Assembly (NCBI GenBank): GCA_024398665.1
Contig: JAKSIS010000002.1
Span: 4,958-68,957 of the forward strand
DNA length: 64,000 bases
Source of the DNA: Bacteroidaceae bacterium
GTDB taxonomy: Bacteria > Bacteroidota > Bacteroidia > Bacteroidales > Bacteroidaceae
Direction of reading: 5' to 3'
The notes beneath the pieces are model-generated. The model was given only the letters and a program-made list of their open reading frames with translations. It made no database searches and had not been told where the DNA came from. The position numbers and the translations under genes are program-made. Each line of letters opens with the position of its first letter. The first letter of the stretch is position 1. Shown here piece by piece: positions 41,495 to 51,800 of this stretch.

Positions 41495-42961
41495 TCAGTG
41501 TCTTTTTCTCATTCTTGCCACAGGTATCCCCGTCTGTTCACGGTATTTGGCGACCGTACGACGGGCCACCCTGTATCCGCGTTTGGAGAGTTCCTGTGCC
41601 AGGTTCTCATCGGTCAGCGGACATTCCGGGTCCTCAGCGTCTGTCAGTTCGTGAAGTATGCGGTGTATCTCCTTGACCGACACCTCTTCACCGCTCTCTG
41701 ACATGATGCCGTCAGTGAAGAAGAACTTGAGCGGGAATGTGCCGAAACAAGTCTGCACGTACTTTCCGCTCGTGACTCTTGAGACGGTTGATATATCGTA
41801 TCCGGTCTTTTGTGCTATATCCTTAAGTATCATCGGTTTCAAGCGTGATTCGTCACCTTCCGTAAAGAATTCGCGCTGAATGTCCATAATGGCCTGCATG
41901 GTGCGCATCATGGTCTGCTCGCGCTGCCTGAGTGCCTGTATGAATCCGCGGGCAGCATCAAGTTTGCGCTTGATGTACAGGGCCGCATCGCGCTGGCTGC
42001 TGCTGCGGCCGCTGATCTGGCTGTCCAGCATATCGGAATACTCACGGCTTATCCTGAGATCCGGAATATTGAAGTTGTTCAGGCTGAAACGGAGCTGGTC
42101 CTCATAACCTTCCACTATGAAGTCCGGAACTATATGCTGACGGCTGTGTCCCACAGTCTCTCCCAACGAACTACCCGGGCGCGGATTCAGTTTGAGCAGT
42201 TCACGCATCACCTCATCGGCCTTCTCCCTGTCAATTTCCAGTTTAGCCGCGATTCTGTCCCAGCGCTTGTGGACAAATTCGTCGAACAGGGTACTTATGA
42301 CAGTCTCCTGTAGTCCCTTCGTAGGTGAGTCCGGTTTACGCCGTATCTGTATCAGAAGGCACTCCTGAAGGTTTCTGGCGCCCACTCCGGCAGGGTCAAA
42401 CTCCTGGATTGTCAAGAGTACTTCCTCAATCTCACCGACACTGGCATCCAGGTCGTGATAGAATGCCAGATCATCAGAAACTGACTGCAGGCTCTTGTCC
42501 AGAATGCCGTCATTGTCAATGGCACCTATCAGATATGCGGCTATCTTCATCTGCCTTTCGTCAAGGTCCTGTTCCCTGAGCTGTTCGGCAAGAATGTCAT
42601 AGAACGAACGTGTGTCAGCCAACGGCAGATCCGCTGCCTGTGAACCGGAATGCGGCTGGCGGTCATACCAGTCATCATCATCGCCGTAGTCATCGGCAGC
42701 GCTCTCTGACGCAGAATAGGAACTGTCAGCGTCCCATTCGTCTTCCTGAGCGTCCGGAACGTCGGTACTGCCGTCTGAAATGTCGGCAGGTCCCTCTTCC
42801 AACGCCGGATTGTCTCCAATCTCGTCACGCACATGCTGTTCCAGTTCGACAGTGGACATGGCAAGCAGACGGGCCTCAAGCACCTGCTGGGGTGAAAGGG
42901 TCTGGATCTGCTGCTGGGTCTGCAGCTGGGCCTGTACCTGAGAATTCTTCAAATCCGGCAT
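41495..42961 (-). CDS. rpoN: RNA polymerase sigma-54 factor
   Basis: Gln-rich N-terminus, an acidic linker, and the C-terminal RpoN box ARRTVAKYRE. Confidence 0.92.
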   Translation of the reverse strand: MPDLKNSQVQAQLQTQQQIQTLSPQQVLEARLLAMSTVELEQHVRDEIGDNPALEEGPADISDGSTDVPDAQEDEWDADSSYSASESAADDYGDDDDWYDRQPHSGSQAADLPLADTRSFYDILAEQLREQDLDERQMKIAAYLIGAIDNDGILDKSLQSVSDDLAFYHDLDASVGEIEEVLLTIQEFDPAGVGARNLQECLLIQIRRKPDSPTKGLQETVISTLFDEFVHKRWDRIAAKLEIDREKADEVMRELLKLNPRPGSSLGETVGHSRQHIVPDFIVEGYEDQLRFSLNNFNIPDLRISREYSDMLDSQISGRSSSQRDAALYIKRKLDAARGFIQALRQREQTMMRTMQAIMDIQREFFTEGDESRLKPMILKDIAQKTGYDISTVSRVTSGKYVQTCFGTFPLKFFFTDGIMSESGEEVSVKEIHRILHELTDAEDPECPLTDENLAQELSKRGYRVARRTVAKYREQTGIPVARMRKRH

Positions 42962-42971
42962 ATGGAACTGA

Positions 42972-44636
42972 TCAGTAGTGGAAACTGCTGCCTCCTATGA
43001 ATTCACGGACAAGCGATGTGGGCGGAAGATTCTGGCTGGGAATGGTCTGGAACATGTCCAGGAACATGCGCAGCTGGTTTGCCTTCACAAATTCCGGACA
43101 GTCCTCAGGGACTTCGGCCAGTATGGCTGACACCATATCCTTAATTACGGCTATCTCGAAAAGCATGGCCGAATTGAACATGGCATCAGCATTTTCCTGG
43201 AACGGGAATATCCACTTTTCCTCACCGGCACGGACCGATGCCCAGCGGTTGATAGTGTCACGGGCCGAATAGCTGCGGTATTTGTGGTCACGCGTGATGC
43301 GGCGCAGCAGACGGTTGTCCGTGGTGGGAATGTAGTTGTGGTCATCAATGCGTATGCTGGTAAGAGCTGAGACATAGATGAGGAAACGGGCTGCCTCAGG
43401 AATCTCGGGAATCAGTTCGGGATTCAGGGCGTGTATGCCTTCAATGAGCAGGATATCGTTTTCACCCAACTGCATTTCAGGTTTGTCGAATTCCCTTACG
43501 CCACCCTTCTTGAAGTTGTATGTAGGCGGCTGCACAGACTTGCCGGCCAGCAGATCCTTGAGCTGTTCATTGAAGAACGGAAGGTCAATGGCGTACAACG
43601 ATTCGAAATCATATTCGCCGTTTTCATCAAGAGGAGTCTTGTCGCGGCCAACGAAATAGTCATCAAGGGACAGCACCTTCGGGGTGAGGCCATGAGCCAT
43701 GAGCTGTACCTGCAGGCGCTTGCTGAATGTGGTCTTGCCCGATGATGAAGGTCCTGAAACGAGAACAAGCTTGAGAACCTTTCCGGCATTGCGGCGCTCC
43801 ACAATCTGGTCTGCAATGTGCACTATCTTCTTGGACTGCAGTGCCTCAGCCACGTTGATTATCATGTTGGACTGCTTGTCCATGACGGCCTCATTAAGTT
43901 CACCCACGGTTGAAAAGCCCAGAATGTCCATCCATGAGTGATGCTCGTCAAATATGCCGAACATCTTGTCCTGATGCACCATGGGTTCAAGGCGTGTGGG
44001 ATCAGTCTTGTCAGGAACACGGACCAGAAGACCGGTACCCATCATTTCAAGGCCGAAGACCTTGAGGCAGCCGGTATCATGGGGAAGGCAGCCGAAATAC
44101 CAGTCAGGCATATCGTCAAGAGTGTAATAGGTGCTGTATATCTTCCCGCTGGTTGCAAGCAGACGCACCACGTCTTCACGTCCGGCGTTGCGCATAATCT
44201 CCACGACATCGCATGTATGGGCTGTGTGGCGTACGAAAGGTCTGGCATCGGCAATGATTTCACCCATACGGGAATAAATGGCCTGCAAATCGGACTGTTC
44301 CAGTTTGCGTCCTATGAAAATCGGGCAGTAGAAACCTTTTGATATGGCATTTGAAACAAGTACCCTGCCACCCGGATACAGTTCAGCTACAGCTTTTGAA
44401 AGTACGAACACAAGTCCAAGCTGATAAATGCGTGCTCCGACTGATGTCGTTTCATCCAGGAATTCGACGTCAGTTTCGCTGTATGCGCATGCCCCCATGT
44501 CCTTTATCAGGCCGTTGGCACATACGCATATAGGTGATCCCTTGAGCGTTACGTCAAACTTTGTGAACATTTCTGAAAAAGAAGTGCCTGGCGCGAAGTC
44601 TGCCGTTTTTTGGTTATTTTTGCAAAGAATTTCCAT
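42972..44636 (-). CDS. Uridine kinase-family nucleoside kinase with N-terminal TGS/ThrRS-like extension
   Basis: Walker A VSGPSSSGKTT lies mid-protein. 554 aa. Confidence 0.7.
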   Translation of the reverse strand: MEILCKNNQKTADFAPGTSFSEMFTKFDVTLKGSPICVCANGLIKDMGACAYSETDVEFLDETTSVGARIYQLGLVFVLSKAVAELYPGGRVLVSNAISKGFYCPIFIGRKLEQSDLQAIYSRMGEIIADARPFVRHTAHTCDVVEIMRNAGREDVVRLLATSGKIYSTYYTLDDMPDWYFGCLPHDTGCLKVFGLEMMGTGLLVRVPDKTDPTRLEPMVHQDKMFGIFDEHHSWMDILGFSTVGELNEAVMDKQSNMIINVAEALQSKKIVHIADQIVERRNAGKVLKLVLVSGPSSSGKTTFSKRLQVQLMAHGLTPKVLSLDDYFVGRDKTPLDENGEYDFESLYAIDLPFFNEQLKDLLAGKSVQPPTYNFKKGGVREFDKPEMQLGENDILLIEGIHALNPELIPEIPEAARFLIYVSALTSIRIDDHNYIPTTDNRLLRRITRDHKYRSYSARDTINRWASVRAGEEKWIFPFQENADAMFNSAMLFEIAVIKDMVSAILAEVPEDCPEFVKANQLRMFLDMFQTIPSQNLPPTSLVREFIGGSSFHY

Positions 44637-44665
44637 GTTAGTCCGTTTGCGTTTAGTTTAGGATT

Positions 44666-44673
44666 CAAAAGTA
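44666..44673 (-). promoter_or_regulatory. -7 box TACTTTTG for the kinase-rpoN-purE-ispG-cysS gene string
   Basis: Plus-strand CAAAAGTA lies 30 nt upstream of ATG 44636. Confidence 0.4.
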
Positions 44674-44751
44674 CAGCAAATTTTGCTATTGAAAAAACCG
44701 CGCGCACGAAAAGTGGAAACATTGCGGTGTTATTTTTAACGCTACACATAG

Positions 44752-46458
44752 ATGACTTTCTTTGATGCTGTAATGGTGCTGGGCTGTCTGGCACTGCTGA
44801 TGTTCGGAATGAAGACCATGAGCGAAGGTCTTCAGAAGTTTGCCGGAGGGACGCTCCGGAAAGTGTTGGGAGCCATGACCACCAACAGGTTTGCCGGGGT
44901 TGCAACAGGCGCCGGTGTCACGGCAGCCATTCAGTCTTCGACTGCAACCACGCTGATGACAGTCAGTTTCGTGAACGCCGGACTGCTTACGCTTGTTCAG
45001 GCCATTTCGGTCATTATGGGTGCCAATATAGGCACAACCTTCACAGCATGGATCATGGCGGTATTCGGCTTTTCTGTCGACCTGTCGAAACTTTCATGGC
45101 TGCTATTCGCGTGCGCTATTCCATTTTTCTTTTCAAAATCCAGTTCCCGCAAGTCACTTGGCGAATTCATTTTCGGTTTCGCATTCATGTTCCTTGGCCT
45201 GATAACGCTCAGGGTGCACGCTTCGGACATGAACCTGCAGGACAATGCGGCAGTGGTGAACTTCTTCAAGGTTACGGGTGACTGGGGCTTCCTTTCCATC
45301 CTGCTCTACGTGGTCATAGGCGGCCTGCTCACGCTGTGCGTACAGTCATCGGCCGCAATCATGGCAATCACCATGATTCTGTGTTCGACAGGCGTACTGC
45401 CTATATACCAGGGCATTGCGCTGGTCATGGGTGAAAACATAGGTACAACCCTGACGTCGAACATTGCGGCCATGTCAGCCAACACGTCGGCACGCCGCGC
45501 GGCACTGGCCCACCTCACGTTCAACACGTTCGGCGTAATATGGGTGCTGTGCGTATTCAAACCGTTCGTACGCCTTATATGCAGCCTGTGGGGGGTCGAT
45601 GCCGATGCCACGGACATGACGCCTGACATGAACATGAAACTGACCTACATACTGGCAACTTTCCATACGGCTTTCAATGTGATCAATACCGGCATACTCA
45701 TCGGATTCATAAACAGGATAGAACAGTTCGTATGCCGCATGATTCCGAACAGGGAGGATGAGGAGGATTTCCGCCTCAAATTCATACATCAGGGCATTAT
45801 GTCAACCAGCGAAATGTCCCTGCTCGAGGCACAGAAGGAGACGGCCCACTTTGCTGTTCGTGCTCATAGAATGTACGGATTTATTTCCGAACTGCTGCAC
45901 ATGAAAGATGAATCAGAATTTGCCGCGCTGTTTGCCCGCACTGAGAAATATGAGAACATCAGTGACAACATGGAGATTGAGATTGCGGCTTATCTGACTA
46001 AGGTATCAGAAGGACGCCTTAGCAATGACGGCAAGCAGAAAGTACAGAATATCATGCGTGAAGCATCGGAATTGGAGAGCATTTGCGATGGCATCTACAA
46101 CCTGGCCCGCACCCTGAACCACAAGTTCAAGTATTCTGAAGACTTTACCGCCGAACAGTATGAGAACATTCACAACATGATGGGTCTGGTCGACAGGGAT
46201 CTCGATCTGATGTCAATAATATTGGAAACCGGAAATCATCAGATTGACGCATCGGAAATAATCAGTCAGGAGCATGAGATAAACCGTATGCGCACTTTGC
46301 TCAGAGACAGGAACATGGCCGATGTCAACAGTCACAAGTACGCATACCAGACAGGTGTGTATTATATGGACATCATATCTGAACTGGAAAAGATCGGAGA
46401 CTATGTGGTCAACGTGTGCGAGGCACGTCTGGGCGGCCAGAAAATCAATACTGACTGA
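44752..46458 (+). CDS. Na/Pi cotransporter family protein with PhoU-like C-terminal domain
   Basis: Duplicated Na/Pi repeat (GANIGTT and GENIGTT) and a helical PhoU-like tail. Confidence 0.85.
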   Translation: MTFFDAVMVLGCLALLMFGMKTMSEGLQKFAGGTLRKVLGAMTTNRFAGVATGAGVTAAIQSSTATTLMTVSFVNAGLLTLVQAISVIMGANIGTTFTAWIMAVFGFSVDLSKLSWLLFACAIPFFFSKSSSRKSLGEFIFGFAFMFLGLITLRVHASDMNLQDNAAVVNFFKVTGDWGFLSILLYVVIGGLLTLCVQSSAAIMAITMILCSTGVLPIYQGIALVMGENIGTTLTSNIAAMSANTSARRAALAHLTFNTFGVIWVLCVFKPFVRLICSLWGVDADATDMTPDMNMKLTYILATFHTAFNVINTGILIGFINRIEQFVCRMIPNREDEEDFRLKFIHQGIMSTSEMSLLEAQKETAHFAVRAHRMYGFISELLHMKDESEFAALFARTEKYENISDNMEIEIAAYLTKVSEGRLSNDGKQKVQNIMREASELESICDGIYNLARTLNHKFKYSEDFTAEQYENIHNMMGLVDRDLDLMSIILETGNHQIDASEIISQEHEINRMRTLLRDRNMADVNSHKYAYQTGVYYMDIISELEKIGDYVVNVCEARLGGQKINTD

Positions 46459-46488
46459 AACAGTTGTACAACATATTCAAAATAAGAC

Positions 46489-46496
46489 TAAATTTG
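46489..46496 (+). promoter_or_regulatory. -7 box TAAATTTG for the FKBP gene
   Basis: Exact TAnnTTTG match 41 nt upstream of ATG 46537. Confidence 0.45.
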
Positions 46497-46536
46497 CACT
46501 CACATTTTGAAAAACAGTAATTTAATAATAACAGAA

Positions 46537-47388
46537 ATGAAGAAGATCAACGTTTTGTTTGCCGGCATGGCTGTCATTCTCATGTCATCATGCGGCGGTG
46601 TTTCCACCGGTAAGGTATCGTTCAACGATGTGCGCGACACTGTTTCATATTCAATGGGTATGGGCCGCGCCGTACGTGCATACAAGCCTCAGCTTGAGGG
46701 ACAGTATGGCATTGATTCTGTCGCAATGAAGTCATTCGTAAAGGGTTTTGCCGATGCCGCCAAGGATCCTGAAAACCTGAGCAAGCTGGCATATGCCATA
46801 GGTTACGAAATAGGTTGTGATGAAATGACCAGTGCCTTTGAAGGACTGAGCGCACAGCTTTTCGGTGCAGAGTCTGGAACCAAGTTCAATAAGGACAACT
46901 ACCTTAAGGGTTTCATTGACGGTATGCTTGAAAACTATGACATCATGACATTTGAAGAAGCCGATGAGACATCGGACCGCCTCTACACATATCTCAGCGA
47001 ACAGCAGTTCGAATCAAACCGCAAGGCCGGTGAAGAGTATCTCGCCAAGAAGGCTCAGGAGGAAGGTGTTGTAAAGACTGAAAGCGGTCTTCTCTACAAG
47101 ATCATCAAGGAAGGTGAAGGTCCCCATCCTACAGAAGAGAATGAAGTTGAGGTGAACTACCGCGGTTCTCTCATCAACGGAACTGTCTTCGACCAGTCCA
47201 AGACTCCCGCACATTTCCGTCTCGGCGGTGTCATTCCCGGATGGACCGAAGGTCTTCAGCTTATGAATGCCGGTGCAAAGTATGAATTCTACATTCCTTA
47301 CGAACTGGCATACGGCGACCGCAACAACGGTCAGATCAAGCCTTACTCAGCACTTGTTTTCGAAGTTGAGCTGATCAGCTTCAAGTAA
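46537..47388 (+). CDS. FKBP-type peptidyl-prolyl cis-trans isomerase lipoprotein (Mip/FklB-like)
   Basis: Lipobox ILMSSCGG and an FKBP core (VIPGWTEGLQLMNAGAKYEFYIPYELAYG). The track ORF begins at an upstream TTG; ATG 46537 is preferred. Confidence 0.88.
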   Translation: MKKINVLFAGMAVILMSSCGGVSTGKVSFNDVRDTVSYSMGMGRAVRAYKPQLEGQYGIDSVAMKSFVKGFADAAKDPENLSKLAYAIGYEIGCDEMTSAFEGLSAQLFGAESGTKFNKDNYLKGFIDGMLENYDIMTFEEADETSDRLYTYLSEQQFESNRKAGEEYLAKKAQEEGVVKTESGLLYKIIKEGEGPHPTEENEVEVNYRGSLINGTVFDQSKTPAHFRLGGVIPGWTEGLQLMNAGAKYEFYIPYELAYGDRNNGQIKPYSALVFEVELISFK

Positions 47389-47406
47389 TCCTGAAGATAA
47401 CGGCAT

Positions 47407-47443
47407 AAAAAGAATCCGGCCTTTCGGGTCGGATTCTTTTTTT
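47407..47443. terminator. Bidirectional intrinsic terminator between convergent genes
   Basis: A5, then stem GAATCCGGCC / GGGTCGGATTC (10 bp including one G-U pair on the plus strand), then T7. Confidence 0.7.
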
Positions 47444-49262
47444 ATGCCTTGTTCCAAACATTCAGGAAATTCTCTCCCCAGACTTTCTTAAGGTCATTGT
47501 CCGTCAGGCCATTGGCTGCCAGCCTGCGTGTCAGCGTAACCAGCCATGACGCATCCTCAAGTCCGGGAACTCCACCGCCTCCGTCAAAGTCAGTGCCTAT
47601 ACCCACGTGACAGACACCCATGACATCGATCATATGCATTATGTGCCTTACCGCATCATCCACTGTGGCTCCGCCTCCTTTTTTCAGAAATCCGTCATAC
47701 ATGCAGACCTGTGCCACACCGTCCCTGGCCGCAAGTGCGCGCATCTGGTCATCGGTCAGGTTCCTGGGATGGTCGCAGAGTGCCCTGCTTGACGAATGTG
47801 AGCAGACAATCGGTTTCCGGCTGGTTTCCAGAGCGTCATAGAAACTCTTTTCCGATGCATGTGACAGATCGACCATCATCCCGACACTGTTCATTCTTCC
47901 TATGACCTGCTTTCCGAACTCCGACAGTCCGCCATGTTCGGAATTTCCCTTTGCGGAATCACATATGTCATTGTCTCCGTTATGGCACAATGTCATATAT
48001 GCAACTCCACGCCTGCGGAACCTGTCCACATTGTCAAGGTCCAGTCCTATTGCATAGCCGTTTTCAATGCCCATCACCACTGATTTCACTCCGGCAAGCT
48101 TGTTGTCCAGAATATCCTGAGGCGTGTATGCTATCTTTGCATATCCACGGCATTCGCCTATACGCTGCTCTATGAGTGTGAGCAGTCTGCCGGCCTTTTC
48201 AGTTGCGGCCGCAAGTGACTTGACATCACGTTCATACTGGTGAAGATATGCCACCATGAAACTGGCGTCAAGCATACCTTCATGCATTTTGTGAAGGTCA
48301 ACCAGCGGATTGTAGCGGAAGGTGGGTTTTCCGTCCGGCGACTGTTCACCCACATAATCATAACTGACTTCTATTCCCGGATTCTTCTCGTAGAAATGCG
48401 CACCGCAATCGAAGAACATCGGGCTGTCGCAGTGACTGTCCAATGTTACTATGCTCTCATGAAGCTTTCTGGCATGACGGAATGATCTGGATTCTTCAAC
48501 CAGCCATTGGAAAATAGGCATCATGGAGTCATCACCACCCAGAATGAAACATTCCGGGTGCCACTGTACTCCCAGAACAGATCTGTAGCTGTCTGATTCC
48601 ATTGCCTCAATGATACCGTCCGATGAACATGCTGCGACCTTGAAACCCGGCGGGGCCTTACGGACAGCCTGATGATGAAAAGAATTTACATGCAGAACGT
48701 CCTTACCGCCCATGATTCTGTACAGAAGTGTACTTTTTTGAACATTTACATCATGTGACGGCAAATGTCTTGCAGTTTTCTGGTCATGGTCCAGACAAGG
48801 AGAATCATGCTGTGAAACGATGTCCTGCCAAAGTTCTCCGCCTAGTGCTGCCGCCAGGATCTGAATGCCCCTGCATATACCCAGAATAGGGATATGCCTA
48901 TCCATTGCAAGACGGACCAGAAGCAGTTCCGGGGCATCGCGACGAGGGTTGACTGATACGCACGGAAGTGACTCTTCGCCCAGGTATTCCGGATCGATAT
49001 CCGCACCTCCTGAGAGTACCAGACCGTCAAGCCTTTCTGTCAGCGAAAGAATTGAATTTTCATCAAGATATGGAGGAATTATTACAGGTGAAGCACCGGC
49101 ACGCAGCACCGACATGAAATAGCCTTCAGCCAGAGTGCAGTCTCCTTCACGAAAATTGCCGCTTATTCCAATCAGCGGCCTGTCTGACACAGTGGCATCG
49201 GTATTGGAACTGATACCGGATATGAGTGATTCAAGCCGCTGCGCCTTCTCCATACTGTCCAT
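47442..49262 (-). CDS. Fusion protein: peptidase C26 / class I glutamine amidotransferase-like hydrolase (N) plus M19 dipeptidase (C)
   Basis: N-terminal half has GICRGIQ (Cys nucleophile) and VQWHPE (His). C-terminal half has the M19-like metal motif LDSHCDSP and a TIM-barrel dipeptidase pattern. Confidence 0.8.
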   Translation of the reverse strand: MDSMEKAQRLESLISGISSNTDATVSDRPLIGISGNFREGDCTLAEGYFMSVLRAGASPVIIPPYLDENSILSLTERLDGLVLSGGADIDPEYLGEESLPCVSVNPRRDAPELLLVRLAMDRHIPILGICRGIQILAAALGGELWQDIVSQHDSPCLDHDQKTARHLPSHDVNVQKSTLLYRIMGGKDVLHVNSFHHQAVRKAPPGFKVAACSSDGIIEAMESDSYRSVLGVQWHPECFILGGDDSMMPIFQWLVEESRSFRHARKLHESIVTLDSHCDSPMFFDCGAHFYEKNPGIEVSYDYVGEQSPDGKPTFRYNPLVDLHKMHEGMLDASFMVAYLHQYERDVKSLAAATEKAGRLLTLIEQRIGECRGYAKIAYTPQDILDNKLAGVKSVVMGIENGYAIGLDLDNVDRFRRRGVAYMTLCHNGDNDICDSAKGNSEHGGLSEFGKQVIGRMNSVGMMVDLSHASEKSFYDALETSRKPIVCSHSSSRALCDHPRNLTDDQMRALAARDGVAQVCMYDGFLKKGGGATVDDAVRHIMHMIDVMGVCHVGIGTDFDGGGGVPGLEDASWLVTLTRRLAANGLTDNDLKKVWGENFLNVWNKA

Positions 49263-49747
49263 CAGTCTGAAATGGGTATTTCCTTCTTTATGCTCTCGTC
49301 AAGCGAAATCAGCGTTTCAGTGGCGGTAACGCCCTTAATCTCCTGAATGTGACCGTTTATAAGTTCCATCAGGTGCGAATTGTCACGGGCATAAAGCTTT
49401 ATCATCATAGTATAACGTCCTGTTGTGAAATGACTTTCCACAACTTCAGGAATCTGGTCAAGTTCAGATACGACCTGACGGTACATGGAACCCTTTTCAA
49501 GGGTCAGTCCCACATATGTGCAGGTGTTGTAGCCTATGCTGCGCGGATTGACATGATAGCCGGAACCGGTAATGATTCCTTCATCGAACATGCGCTGTAC
49601 ACGCTGGTGGATTGCAGCACGGGATACGCCGCACTGCTGTGCAACGTCACGGAAAGGGATGCGTGCATTCTGCGATATGATATTCAGAATCTTTCTGTCA
49701 AGATCATCCATCCTGTCATTGCCAGGAACCGTCTTCTTAGTGTTCAT
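49262..49747 (-). CDS. Lrp/AsnC-family transcriptional regulator
   Basis: HTH (LDRKILNIISQNARIPFRDVAQQCGVSRAAIHQRV) plus a RAM domain. Confidence 0.88.
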   Translation of the reverse strand: MNTKKTVPGNDRMDDLDRKILNIISQNARIPFRDVAQQCGVSRAAIHQRVQRMFDEGIITGSGYHVNPRSIGYNTCTYVGLTLEKGSMYRQVVSELDQIPEVVESHFTTGRYTMMIKLYARDNSHLMELINGHIQEIKGVTATETLISLDESIKKEIPISD

Positions 49748-49750
49748 ATC

Positions 49751-51754
49751 TCAACGATTTTCCTTGTTCTTCTGTCTTCTTTCCTGTCTCTCGCGTTTCT
49801 TGTCAGCCTTCTTCTTCTCCTCCTTGGCCTTCAGGTCAGCCTTCTTCTCCATACGCTCCACATTCTTGCTGTGGATATCCTTCTGCTTCTTGCTTCCCTT
49901 CTGCTTTATGAGATTCTCCGGTTTCTGCCTGAAACGCGGTGTTTCACTGACATTCCATATTTCAGTCTCATGATACCAGTCTGCCTTGAGAGTGAAGTCC
50001 TTGCTGATATACCATACATCCTCAGGCTGCAGGCGGTTCTCATATTCACCTGTGTCCCATACGCCGTTACGGTTCACGTCATTGAACATTGCGACATAAT
50101 ACTGACCCGGCTTCAAGAAGAAAAAGTCAACACTTCCATCCTTAAGGACTCCCTGCTTTACAGTCTTGCCTGACGGATTGAGCAGCATGACCGTATAGCC
50201 GGGCTTGGGATTGGCCACATTTACGGTAAGTGTGCTGTACTTGTCAAGCGGATCAAATTTCAGTTCACCGCTCATCCTGTTGTTGTGAAGTCCGTACAGT
50301 CCTATAATCTGTGCGGAATCAACATCTATCCTGAAAGTCTCATCAGGCCTCCACTCGGCCAGAATGTTGTATTTGAAAATGTCCAGGCTGTCCTGCTCGA
50401 AAAGGAAAGGAACCTCAACCCAAAGCGAATCGGATTTCTTGTACACCTGAATCACTGAATCGGAAAGGAATGTGACAGGTTCCTGGAACTGAAGAGTGAC
50501 TTTGTCTGCCACACTCATTGAAGCACCCTGAGTAAGGGTTGCAGCAAGGAACTTGGTCTTAGGTGCCAGCAGTTTGGCAAGACCGATGGAGTCGTTCAGG
50601 CGTTCAAGCCTCTTGATGTCCTTCTCAAGCTGTTTGGCATCCTCTTCGGCCTTACGTGCCGCATCCTTCAGGATTCTAGCCCTGCTCTTTTTCGGAACCA
50701 GCCTGAGTGTGTCAGTCGTGGGAACCAGAACACCGGCTGTGTCAGTTGCCAAATATGTCAGACTGATACTCAAAGTGTCATTGTAGTACACTGCAGTATC
50801 CTTCATCCAGAATGTCAATGTGTCGTAACGTGCAGTATGCTGGACAATGTAAGCATCAGACTCATCAAAATCAAGACCCTTGACAAGGGGCATGGAATCC
50901 AGAGGCATGGCAAACTGGAGTGTGAACTTTTCATGTGCCGCACGCTCGTACTTTGTCAGATACTGCTGGTTCGGCGCAGCCTTGAATGCAAGCAGCGTGA
51001 TATCGTCAGGCATATATCTGATGTACGGCACTGTCAGGACCGTGTCAACTGAAAGGTCATCATTGAAGACAGTATCGTTTCTGTAACGGAGTTCGCTGGA
51101 AGGCACAATGACTGAATCAAGCCATGCAATCTGTTCGTTACGCTGGGAATACCCGAAAGTCTGATCCATGTCTTTGACGGCATATATCCTGTATTTTCCG
51201 GGTGACAGTCCGCGTATTGTAAAATGGCCGTCATCATCCGTACGGGATATCCTTTCAAAAACTTTTGTCGTGAAAGACGAATCTGCCAGGTCGCTGTGAA
51301 CGCCCACGGTCATTCCCTTCAAAGGTTCAAGGTCCATTGCATTCAGGACATAGCCGGAAACCTCCAGCGAATCGATCACGTCGCCGGTCGAGAACCTGAA
51401 ACAATAGTCGCCCAACGGATTTCCCTCATTGTTGTCTACAATGCCATCTGCAAAATCAATGGTGTATGTGGTGTTCGGCTTGAGCGAATCGAAAAGTTCG
51501 ACCTGTATCCTTTTGCCGTTAACCTTAATTTCCGGCTGCTCGATCTGAGGCGGTGAAACGACCACCTTCTCGCTGGCATTTTCAATTTTTATGAATTCGT
51601 CAAATTCAATGGAAACCTTGTGCCCGCCTACTCCGGTTGCACCGGCTTTTGGTGAACTGCCTGTGATTGAAGGAGGTGTCTCGTCATAAGCGCCTCCGTC
51701 AGGAGTACCGACTACAGCACAACCATGAAATGCGGCAATGACCAGTACTGTCAT
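49751..51754 (-). CDS. Ig-like (SbsA-type) domain lipoprotein with highly basic Lys/Glu/Arg C-terminal tail
   Basis: Lipobox-like VIAAFHGC and an N-terminal Ig-like domain (DETPPSITGSSPKAGATGV). The tail reads KKADLKAKEEKKKADKKRERQERRQKNKENR. Start at ATG 51752-51754. Confidence 0.6.
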   Translation of the reverse strand: MTVLVIAAFHGCAVVGTPDGGAYDETPPSITGSSPKAGATGVGGHKVSIEFDEFIKIENASEKVVVSPPQIEQPEIKVNGKRIQVELFDSLKPNTTYTIDFADGIVDNNEGNPLGDYCFRFSTGDVIDSLEVSGYVLNAMDLEPLKGMTVGVHSDLADSSFTTKVFERISRTDDDGHFTIRGLSPGKYRIYAVKDMDQTFGYSQRNEQIAWLDSVIVPSSELRYRNDTVFNDDLSVDTVLTVPYIRYMPDDITLLAFKAAPNQQYLTKYERAAHEKFTLQFAMPLDSMPLVKGLDFDESDAYIVQHTARYDTLTFWMKDTAVYYNDTLSISLTYLATDTAGVLVPTTDTLRLVPKKSRARILKDAARKAEEDAKQLEKDIKRLERLNDSIGLAKLLAPKTKFLAATLTQGASMSVADKVTLQFQEPVTFLSDSVIQVYKKSDSLWVEVPFLFEQDSLDIFKYNILAEWRPDETFRIDVDSAQIIGLYGLHNNRMSGELKFDPLDKYSTLTVNVANPKPGYTVMLLNPSGKTVKQGVLKDGSVDFFFLKPGQYYVAMFNDVNRNGVWDTGEYENRLQPEDVWYISKDFTLKADWYHETEIWNVSETPRFRQKPENLIKQKGSKKQKDIHSKNVERMEKKADLKAKEEKKKADKKRERQERRQKNKENR

Positions 51755-51800
51755 AGCCGCATTCCGGAAATGTGCTGTTATGTTACCGCTATGTTTCAAG

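Noticed and set aside
40505-41701. 398-aa plus-strand ORF
   Set aside because: It is antisense to ispG, purE and the end of rpoN, all of which have unmistakable catalytic motifs on the minus strand. It spans two gene boundaries and has Ala/Ser/Gly-biased shadow-ORF composition.
49751-49900. Repetitive cttctt/ccttc-rich stretch that looks like a tandem repeat
   Set aside because: It is in-frame coding sequence for the Lys/Glu/Arg-rich C-terminal tail of the Ig-like lipoprotein. It is low-complexity rather than a defined repeat unit, and it is not CRISPR-like.
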